Notes under the pieces: generated by a model
Seen by the model: only the letters and a program-made list of their open reading frames with translations
Told to the model about the DNA's origin: nothing
Database searches by the model: none
Part shown: piece by piece, positions 9,252 to 18,400 of the stretch
How positions within the stretch are numbered: the stretch's first letter is position 1
Layout: the number at the start of each line of letters is the position of its first letter
Made by a program: the position numbers and the translations under genes
From: Barthelona sp. PAP020
Taxonomy: Eukaryota
NCBI GenBank assembly: GCA_040182905.1
Contig: JARQWU010000090.1
Location: 1 to 35,173 of the forward strand
Length of the DNA stretch: 35,173 bases
Reading direction: 5' to 3'

Positions 9252-12200
9252 TCATAAATGCTTATAACATCTATCTGTTAAAGAAGAGATGAAATTAATT
9301 TTTTCATTGTTGTCTTTGTTATTTATTTGACTAAAATAACAATCAATCAAATCAAAACAGTATTCTTTTGATATTCTTCTTTCAGAGAAATTGATTAATC
9401 TTTTAATTAATTTTTGCATCGCCAAAACATTACCATCCTCGCTTACTTTTTTTAATTGTTTCAATAAACGCTTTGATAAAACTGTAGAAGTATCATTTTG
9501 ATCAATTTCTGTATATTTATCGATGCAATTCATTAATTGATGGATTTCTTTTTGACTAGGTGATCCTTTTTCCAAAAATTCTTTCAAAAAATCGAATAAA
9601 ATTGAAAAATCCAAATCTGAATAATTAGGACTTTCTAACTCTTTCAAACGGACTAAAATATTTGTTAAATTTGATATGTTAATCTTATGTTTGCCTTTTT
9701 TCAATTCTTTTAAACCCAAAGAAATAATACCTTCACGATATGCTTGAACCACCAAATTTTTTGGAATTGGTGTCTTTTCTTGCTTTATAATCGTTGATTT
9801 TGACTCAACATTTTTTGGAGGAAGAACGTGAACAACATTTTCTTTGGTTTGATCATCATTTACAATATTAATCTTATTTAAAGGAGGAATTACAGTTGGA
9901 AACATTGGTATTGCTTCAACTGAACCATCAGTTGTAACCATGAATGAATTGGCTACGAGTTCATTTTCAAGGGATGATATTCTATTTGCTTGATGTTTTA
10001 TTTGTTTTTGTAAAGTGCTATTAAGGGTTCTTGTACAATCAAATCTTTCTTGTAATTCTTTTAAAGATGATGATAAAGTGTTGTTAGTTTCTCGCAATTT
10101 TTTATTCTGCATTTCAATTTTCTTGATTTTTCGAGTGATTTTTGCATTTTCTGCTCGTGAAGATCTTAGATGACTTTGATCAATATTCTGTTTATCAATC
10201 TGTTTCTTTAAATCAGTAATATGATGCCTTAAACCAACAATTTCACGTAATAAAGAGATTTTTGGAATTCCCTGAGTTTCTTTGATCATCTCAGAAATTT
10301 CATTCTCTGTTATGGCTTTAATGTTATAACTTCCTAAACCATAATATTCAAGAGGGATCTCAAATTGTTTAGTTTCATTAATATCTTGGTGTTTGTCGAT
10401 CTTTTCTTGCATTTTCTCTTGCTTTTGATACATCTTTACCATACGTCGATGCTTTTCATTTTGATGTTCTAAAGTCTCAACCAATCTTGTTTTCCTTGCT
10501 AACTCTTCCAATAAATCTTTAACTTTGGCATCTATATCAACATTATCAGCATTTTTATTCTTTATTCTATGAAAACTTTCTTCTTCTTTGTTTGTTTTAA
10601 CATCTGAATGTGAAAATTCATCCGAAAATTCCAATTGCTCTTGTAAAAGGTTGATATCTTCCAAAAAATCTGAATTAGAATTTGAATCTCCAAAATCAGA
10701 TTTTTGACCAGTTTCAGATTCGCTTTTTTCATTGAATTTTGATTCAAATACATTGCTTCTAACAGGCATATCGGTTTTATCTTCTATTTTCAAAGATTTT
10801 GAATGTTTAGAAACATCAGGACCATCAGGAGAAAGCTTTTCTTTGGACACAATCATATTGGGAGAAAATTCTTGTGATGAGCCCAACATAAGTTCAAGAT
10901 CCTTGGGACTGGGTAATAGCCCTGAAAAATGAATTCTTTCATCTTCCGTTTTTTTAATCGTATCAAAATATAACCCTTTTCTCAAAGATTCTTGAGCAGT
11001 TGCAACGAAAATATCACGTTCAATTTCTTGATGTTCTTCTAGCTTGGAAAGCAATTTGTCAAGATGGTTTCTTTGAAAGTTCGTATTAAATTTAACGTTT
11101 TCCGCCACTTTTTCCGCTACTTCTTCCTCTTCACTATCATCACTTTCTTCTTCTTCATCTTTTTTTTCATCAACATCAACATCATGTTCTTCTTCAACAT
11201 CTGATGATTTTGGTATCAACGGTGAACAACTAGCGGAAGGTAACAACACAGAATTCTGTTGTTTGGAAGTGATTGAAGATGTTGTGTTTGAACTTGTGTT
11301 TGATATTGAAGTGCTTTCATCAAAACTGTCGTCAGTTATTTTTCTACCAAAAACTGAATAAATTTGAGGAGATATCGATTTTTGAATGTCAGAAACACTG
11401 TCATCTTCATTGAAATTACCAATTTCGTCAAAGGTTTGAATACGCTTATGAGACGGTGACACAACTGAAATATGACTCAATGATTCATCAATCGTAAGTG
11501 TGAGATTACCTTTGACAAGACTTGTAGATAATTCCATCAATTCAGCTGTAAATTGAAGGGCATTTAATGTGACACCGATATCTTTTTGATCGGTAGAAAT
11601 ACAAGTTAATTGCACCAGCTTGTTCGACACAAATAAGGGTTTTAACAATCTCAAACTATTTGGCCTAAATACCCCTAAATCGTCATTTATTACTGAATTA
11701 ATAACCCTTTTGAAATCATTGAACAAGACGTTATATTGTCTTTGCTCAATTTCATCACAATCGACGTTTAAGAGATTCAAAAGATGTAAATGGACTTGTT
11801 CTTTTGTTTTTTCGTTCAATAAAGTGAGACGAATAATACATAAACCATTTTTAAGAGTCAATTTTTCAAAAAGTTTGAATATATTTTGGGAATTAATTTT
11901 CATACAATTCAACTGTAAATCCAGTGTATCTTTTGTATTTGATGATAAAAAGGAACATTTTTCATCTGAAAAAATATCAAGAATTTCTTTGTTTTTGAAA
12001 AAACATCCAGAAACATATAATCCCAAATTACTTGATAAAGTACTCAGAATAGTCAATATTAATTGAGTTATTATTGACGAATTTGGACCATAAATATCTT
12101 CAAAAGATATGATATTGGGAATACCATGAATAATTAAAGTTGAAGAAAAACCTTCTTGCAATGAAGCCAATAAAGGAACTGATATTTCTTCAAAAATTAC

Positions 12201-12464
12201 ATTTAAGGAATCGTTATGTTCTAAAACTCCTGAAAAGCCGTCAAAAGTATGTGAAAACCCATTAATTGTTTCAATACTAATACTATTCAGATTCTTCTTG
12301 TATGTTAATTCTTCGTCAATCTCATTTGGTCTTATTATCTTCAAGAAAGAATCACAATATGCAATGGAACATGGAGAATTTTGTAAATCTTTCAATTCCT
12401 TTTGATATTGATGATCAAGCTTTGTTAGAGGTTTAACTTGTTGATTATGATTATTCATCGTCAT
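9252..12464 (-). CDS. Divergent kinesin-like protein: degenerate N-terminal motor fold, acidic linker, coiled coil
   Basis: Kinesin scaffold motifs in the expected order: HTFDGF..IFEEISVPLLASLQEGFSSTLIIHG, LYVSGCFFKNKEILDIF, RLLKPLF..LTCIS..VTLNALQF. Start placed at MTMNN (12464); the ORF is open up to an ATG at 12533. Confidence 0.8.
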   Translation of the reverse strand: MTMNNHNQQVKPLTKLDHQYQKELKDLQNSPCSIAYCDSFLKIIRPNEIDEELTYKKNLNSISIETINGFSHTFDGFSGVLEHNDSLNVIFEEISVPLLASLQEGFSSTLIIHGIPNIISFEDIYGPNSSIITQLILTILSTLSSNLGLYVSGCFFKNKEILDIFSDEKCSFLSSNTKDTLDLQLNCMKINSQNIFKLFEKLTLKNGLCIIRLTLLNEKTKEQVHLHLLNLLNVDCDEIEQRQYNVLFNDFKRVINSVINDDLGVFRPNSLRLLKPLFVSNKLVQLTCISTDQKDIGVTLNALQFTAELMELSTSLVKGNLTLTIDESLSHISVVSPSHKRIQTFDEIGNFNEDDSVSDIQKSISPQIYSVFGRKITDDSFDESTSISNTSSNTTSSITSKQQNSVLLPSASCSPLIPKSSDVEEEHDVDVDEKKDEEEESDDSEEEEVAEKVAENVKFNTNFQRNHLDKLLSKLEEHQEIERDIFVATAQESLRKGLYFDTIKKTEDERIHFSGLLPSPKDLELMLGSSQEFSPNMIVSKEKLSPDGPDVSKHSKSLKIEDKTDMPVRSNVFESKFNEKSESETGQKSDFGDSNSNSDFLEDINLLQEQLEFSDEFSHSDVKTNKEEESFHRIKNKNADNVDIDAKVKDLLEELARKTRLVETLEHQNEKHRRMVKMYQKQEKMQEKIDKHQDINETKQFEIPLEYYGLGSYNIKAITENEISEMIKETQGIPKISLLREIVGLRHHITDLKKQIDKQNIDQSHLRSSRAENAKITRKIKKIEMQNKKLRETNNTLSSSLKELQERFDCTRTLNSTLQKQIKHQANRISSLENELVANSFMVTTDGSVEAIPMFPTVIPPLNKINIVNDDQTKENVVHVLPPKNVESKSTIIKQEKTPIPKNLVVQAYREGIISLGLKELKKGKHKINISNLTNILVRLKELESPNYSDLDFSILFDFLKEFLEKGSPSQKEIHQLMNCIDKYTEIDQNDTSTVLSKRLLKQLKKVSEDGNVLAMQKLIKRLINFSERRISKEYCFDLIDCYFSQINNKDNNEKINFISSLTDRCYKHL

Positions 12465-12671
12465 TATTTTTATATGCGAAAATAATTCACATATAATTTC
12501 AAAAAGGAATTTGATAGATCTTTTATATTTCATTAGGAGGCAAATACTTTTTATTATTTTTATCTTTTAAACGGAATGATCAATAAATATCTTTAAAATA
12601 TTAAATGCCTGCATGATAGTCACAAAAATAAGGAAAATTGAGACACATCAAATTGTAATTTTAATGATGCT

Positions 12672-13685
12672 ATGACCATTGAAAAAACATATGAGGGCTT
12701 AGATCAATCTTATGAAATAGAAACGCCAATATTATTTGAATATTTTGAATCTGATGAAACAATTTCACCTAATGAAGTATTTTTAGACTGGAATTCTCAT
12801 GTTAATGATATTAACTCTCATGATTTACAGAAAATGTTTTATTGTAGTGAATTTCATTTTGATTCCATCACATATGATTTTGATATCAATTCTTTGGAGA
12901 TGATGAGTGATTATAAAAGCGATTATTTGCTTCAACAGCCTGTTCTTGAGAAATATACAAGATCTTGGTGGATTGTAGTTGTTTTTCGTTTAATTATTGC
13001 ACAAAAATACAGTCCAAGAGTTGTGTTTCGTTTTATTGATATATTTGATCGCTTATTTTCGTTAGTGCAAGTATCTTCTTATGAGGCAGTTGACAAATTA
13101 TCGTTGGCTTGTTTATCATTAAGTTTGAAAGTAGAACAAGCCGTTTCCTTTTCGATTTATGAAATTATTGACCTTCTTATAAAATTGTCGGATGATCTCA
13201 ATCAAATAAAAATAAAAAGACATGATGTATTTATACCTGAATTGATAACCTTTAAAAAATCCAAAGATATGACTATGTCTATGTTAGAAGCGGAAGGGAT
13301 TGTGCTGAAATTATTAGACTTTCGCATTATTAATTCAACCATATACACCTGTTATCATTATTATGCAGAACATCTAGAACTTGATTCATTTCAGCGGATT
13401 CAATTGGTGTTTTGTATATTCGTTGGATTAATCACACCAAAATTGATTGGTGTAAATCCAAAGGTTTTTATTGATCACATTCTTCATTTATATTGTACTT
13501 TAACCCAAATTCCATTATCTATACATGTTGAACAAAATAATGATTCGATACAGCAATTGGTTCAATATTTAAAGCATGAAAATCACTTTTTTGCCAGAAG
13601 CTTTAGAATTTTTTTTGCTGAAACTGAAGATAATCCAGTGGATGATCTTATGGTTCAAATAGAAACGAATTCAGTATATCTATAG
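12672..13685 (+). CDS. Divergent cyclin (N-terminal cyclin box)
   Basis: R...FRFIDIFDRLFS...KLSLACLSLSLKVEQ...EAEGIVLKLLDFRIINST retains the conserved R, DR, K-x-E and E-x-x-x-L of the cyclin fold. Confidence 0.85.
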   Translation: MTIEKTYEGLDQSYEIETPILFEYFESDETISPNEVFLDWNSHVNDINSHDLQKMFYCSEFHFDSITYDFDINSLEMMSDYKSDYLLQQPVLEKYTRSWWIVVVFRLIIAQKYSPRVVFRFIDIFDRLFSLVQVSSYEAVDKLSLACLSLSLKVEQAVSFSIYEIIDLLIKLSDDLNQIKIKRHDVFIPELITFKKSKDMTMSMLEAEGIVLKLLDFRIINSTIYTCYHYYAEHLELDSFQRIQLVFCIFVGLITPKLIGVNPKVFIDHILHLYCTLTQIPLSIHVEQNNDSIQQLVQYLKHENHFFARSFRIFFAETEDNPVDDLMVQIETNSVYL

Positions 13686-14292
13686 CAAATTCTTCATCAG
13701 ACACTGGATTTAAAGAACTTTCAAACATCAAAATCTCTCTCACACAATCTTCATTTAACTCACTGTCCAATTTGTTTTGAATCAATGCAATATGGTCTTT
13801 GGTTATTTTTGAATTTATTTTTTTGAAGACTTCATAAGTGTCTTTCAATTCTTGATACGTTATTCTTATTTGACATAGTTTGGTGGTAATATTCTTGAAC
13901 TTTTCAAAATTTGTGTAATCTTCCAATTGAATTTCCAAAAATTTAACGAATTTTTTATAAATTTTTTGCGGTTTACAATTTTCAAAATGTTTTAACAACA
14001 AAACAAAATTATTTTTTGTAATATTGAAAGATTCATCATCATACAAACAGAAAAAACTGGAAGTTAAACATTCTTCAAAATTATTTTGACCAATTTCAGA
14101 CATTTGTAACAATTGAAAGGCTTTGAGACTGGGGTCATTTGTTTCCAATTCTAAATTGTTAAAATATCTCGTTATAAAGTTATAAGGATTGATAGGTCGA
14201 TTTTCTCCAATTAAAGTAATTACATCAGTCAAGTATGCAACAATTCCAGAATTTTCAAAATTTTCATAAACATTATTTTCATTGGTGTTCAT
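13648..14292 (-). CDS. TPGS1-like protein (tubulin polyglutamylase complex subunit 1-like) with an RIIa/Dpy-30-type docking domain
   Basis: FENSGIVAYLTDVITLIGENRPINPYNFITRYF is an RIIa D/D-like motif. The following LKAFQLLQM...F...SFFCL...FVLLL pattern parallels TPGS1. Confidence 0.65.
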   Translation of the reverse strand: MNTNENNVYENFENSGIVAYLTDVITLIGENRPINPYNFITRYFNNLELETNDPSLKAFQLLQMSEIGQNNFEECLTSSFFCLYDDESFNITKNNFVLLLKHFENCKPQKIYKKFVKFLEIQLEDYTNFEKFKNITTKLCQIRITYQELKDTYEVFKKINSKITKDHIALIQNKLDSELNEDCVREILMFESSLNPVSDEEFAIDILNSFLFEP

Positions 14293-14411
14293 TTTGTTAT
14301 AACTATGTGTTGTTTCAATTATTGGTATTTGTTTGAAAATAATTAATTGGAAAGAATTATTAATTCATCAATAAAATCGATTTGTTTCAATTATTTTTTT
14401 TCCTTTTTGTC

Positions 14412-14687
14412 ATGTCTAAACGAACTACTTTGGATCAAGTTGAGATAGAATTAAATGAAGCAAACGCTATTGCTTCCAACAACGTTAAAAAAATGACTCA
14501 TTTAAATGAAGAATTTAATGAAACCACTAGAGAAGCTAATGCTATGGGACAAAGAGCTCGTACTCTGAAGAATAAGGCTAAGCAAGTAGATAGTATGGTT
14601 TTTTGGAGAAAATGGAGGCTTTATTTCATTATTGCTTTAATAGTCTTGGCAATTGTTGGTTATATTGTTATCACACGTATTCTGTAA
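14412..14687 (+). CDS. Synaptobrevin/VAMP-like SNARE (brevin type, 91 aa, tail-anchored)
   Basis: Aligns without gaps to the VAMP coil (NVKKM vs NVDKV; AKQVDSMVFWRKWR vs AAKLKRKYWWKN) and ends in a TM helix. First ATG is 14412; the track start at 14382 is TTG. Confidence 0.85.
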   Translation: MSKRTTLDQVEIELNEANAIASNNVKKMTHLNEEFNETTREANAMGQRARTLKNKAKQVDSMVFWRKWRLYFIIALIVLAIVGYIVITRIL

Positions 14688-14844
14688 ATTTATTTTGTGC
14701 TTTCTGAATTGTCATTCTATTTTTTCAACGTAAATTTTTGTTGCCTTTTCAATTTTTTTTAAAAAATGTAAATGGAGGAAAAAAAAAACCTAAATATATT
14801 GTGCATAAAAATACAAAACGATTTACAGACTTTAGATGAAAGAA

Positions 14845-15285
14845 TTAGTGAAGAAGAAATTTCTTTATATCTTCAATATCCACAACGCCATCTCCTGATA
14901 TATTTAATTCTTCCAGGAGATCTTTTAATTCATTTGGATGAAAGTATGTGTTGGTTTCTTTGAAGGATTCTTTTAAAGTTTCAATTGTAACGTGTCCTTC
15001 ATCATTGAATAAAGTAATTTTTTGGGATAAAGAAGTGTTAGAATCTCCAGTTTTCGATAATCTGACAACCAAAGCAACAAATTCTTGAAAATCAATTGTA
15101 TTGGATCCATCAGTATCCAATTCAGCGATTAAATCCATTATTTGTGACTCAGATACATTGAATCCTGCGGTTTTTAGAAGAGTAAATAATTCATCACTGC
15201 CAATTCCACCCGAAGAATCAAAATCAAATTTGTTAAATAGTGCCGAAAGTCGAGTTATTTGGTCATTGGTTAATAAATGGGACAT
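14845..15285 (-). CDS. Calmodulin-like EF-hand protein
   Basis: 146 aa. Canonical loops DFDSSGGIGSDE and DTDGSNTIDFQE; EF3 (FNDEGHVTIETL) and EF4 (NISGDGVVDIED) are degenerate. Confidence 0.9.
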   Translation of the reverse strand: MSHLLTNDQITRLSALFNKFDFDSSGGIGSDELFTLLKTAGFNVSESQIMDLIAELDTDGSNTIDFQEFVALVVRLSKTGDSNTSLSQKITLFNDEGHVTIETLKESFKETNTYFHPNELKDLLEELNISGDGVVDIEDIKKFLLH

Positions 15286-15447
15286 TGGATAAAAAAATAA
15301 AAATTTCCTTTGATGAGAAATAATTTATTCATATCAAAATATAAAGAACCATTACATTGGGAAAAAACGTTGATAAAAAATTGAAGATTTTCAAAAAGAT
15401 GAAAATAAAAGGAAGGAAAAAATCACTTACATTTCTTTACGTTGCCC

Positions 15448-18400
15448 ATGGAATATTTGAAGATATTTTGTGTACTATTCCTTGTAATATGTATTGGTAG
15501 TTGTGAAGAAAGGAAATTCAATACTAAATATGAAGATGACATTAAGGAGTCTCCACTTATTATTAATCTCCCTGCTGTAACAACTGTTTTGACATATGTC
15601 ACTATTGATGTTTCTGTCAAAGAACCTAATTGTGATATTCGTGTGAGAATGAATCCTCAAAGTAGTTTACCAAATGCTCAAACTGGAGATTATTTCAACA
15701 AAATTGCCTCATTTACAGAAGAATTTTATTTCTTAGATCTTAGTGAAGGCTTACAAGTTGTTTTTGAGCCTGCATTCAAAGGGGCAAGTTGTCAGATTAA
15801 TTCCACATTTGTTCTAACTGATCCTGAAGTATTAACACCTTCTGATCGTGGATTTAGTACTATCAGTTTTGAAGAAATCAAGCCTAAATATATGAAATTT
15901 AATGCTCCTAAGTTAAATGTTTATTCTTCTTTATGGCTAATATTGGACGATGTTGATCAAATGGAATATTTTAAAGTTTTTGGATTGAGTGCTGCCTCTT
16001 CGCATTCTTGGGAAATGGCCACTGAATATTCCAGAACGCATGGCTCAAGTACTCAAGGTGTTTTTGCAGTTTTTCCATGTGTAGATATTGTCAATGAAAT
16101 TTATGTGATGATAAAGCCTGAATATCCCGGAGATTTTGTCTTCCATTATGAGGACAATATTCATGCTCAAAGGACCTCTAAAATAGATTCTGCTTACTTC
16201 GGATCTACTTCATTCAATGACTTCATGTTATTCGAACTTGATGTGAAAGACTTTGCTGGCACTGGTGAGGTTAGTTTTGATAACGAGTGTTTCTTAGTTG
16301 CTTCAATTTTTAATGTTTTAAATGGAGAAATTAAAGCATTTTGGACTCCACAAAAGTCATTTTTACATGATTTTTGCGCCGAAACATCAGAAACTCTGGT
16401 AACAAAATCTATTGGTCAAATGGTACTTACTCCTAGAGAATTACGTCGTCTATACAACAAAGAAACTGGAAAATTATATGTGACTATTGCTGGAATGAAA
16501 CAATATGACAGTAATTTGCCGGTTACTTTCAATTTTAAGTGGACTGTCAAGAATGTTGAAGATTCTAAAAATGTGATTAGTGTTGAAGCAGGAAAACCTA
16601 TTACTGCTGATCTTGGAATTTCAGACATGGTTATTTTGAGATATTATCATAAAGCCACTTCTGATTTCGAAGCTTTAACATTGGATCTCTATACAGATGA
16701 GAATTTAGCAGATGCTTTACCATTGAAAGTTATGTTTTTCAACACTGAAAGTAAGTTTTTATACGCTGACATGGATGATTCTTCAAATATTAATGATTAC
16801 TATTCCTATGTTGAAGATATTACCCTGAATTATCATAAGCAATTTTTTTCATCTTGCTTACAGACAGGTTACTATGATCTTGTGTTGCTTCCCAATTATT
16901 TGGCTCGAGATTTGCTCATTACTGTAAAATTCAATGTAAATAGTCCAAAGAAACTGACAAATGTTGCAGAAACCGTTATTTTGCGTCAAGGCATTTTTGA
17001 ACAGTTCTATTTTGATGCAGAAGATTTTGGTGAACAAGGAATTATTACAATTGAAACTTCTTCATCAGATGTTGCTTTGTATGCACAAATTGAACGTCCT
17101 GCAGGTCCCCAAAGTTATTGTGGTTTGAGTTCTTCTGTTATTCCTACAGGTTTAGGCACTAACCGTGTTCAATTCTCATTACCTTGTCAATTACCTATGG
17201 GAAGATGGATTATTGGTGCTACAACTGATTCAAACAAGCCCATTGTTTCCACTTCAATTGTTATCAATGAATACCTTCCTATTACTCATGACCTTCCCTT
17301 GGGTGGTCAAGTTAGTTTACCTGTATCTCAATCTCATTTGTTTACTCTTAAGACTTCCATTCCATCTGATGGAGTTTTGGAATATTTGGTTACCACAACT
17401 GAACTGTTGGACGCTCATATTTCTGCTTCTATTCATCTGACCAATCCTCCCAATGTATGTGAGGCAGATGTTGATTTATCGGACTACCAATGCACTGTTG
17501 ATACACAAGAAACCTCATGTAAGTTTACCTTACCTATTGATTTAGTTAATCTCAATCAAGTTCTCGGAAATGTCGATAATCATGTTTACTTATTGATTAA
17601 CATCGTTACTGCTACTGATATCAATGGTGAAGTTCAAGTTAGATTAAAACACATGTCAAAAGTTGTTAAAACAATTGAATTGAGGGATACTTTAGAACAC
17701 ACCATTGAGCCCGGAACATTATTAACATTTAAACACCGTTCTCAACCTGATCCTGAAGGATATACTCTTTTTTCGGTATATTCTGACAGAACCGATGTAA
17801 TTAATGGTATGTATACCCTTTGTGTTACAGAAGAGGAAATCCTTGTTCATAATGATAAGACTTGTGTTGAAGCACAAGATAACTATGCAGCCGTTTCATT
17901 ACCTGTGAATTTTGAAGCTCGTGACGTTTTTGTTCATCTCATTTATAATGAGTCTAGTTCTGCTTCTGATGCTACCTTTATTATTCGTGCTATTTCAAGG
18001 GAAGTCCCTGTAATTAGCACAAATGAACCCATTCAAATTCGTGCTTCTGCAACAGAAAGTGGTTTTCTCAAAGTAAAGGTTGCCAGTCGTTCAAGTGATA
18101 TCATTATTCTCGCTAAAGATTTTGAGCATACTGCACTTGATACATCTGTTCTTGTATCAACTAAAGGATTTTTGTCTTGTTTGACTTGTAATAGTGCACC
18201 TGAAACATCTGCTGATTTTGTTCTTCCATTACAAGAGGGTTCTGATACTACTTCAGCAAAACTACACATTAGTGCTGAATTCCTTGAAGAAGTTAAGGTC
18301 AGTACGTTGTATGTTACTGTTGTTTCAGCAAATAAGGCTAATATACTGTCATTGTTTTCATTCGTTGCTACTCAAACTAGTCGTTATGCTGAATCTTCGG

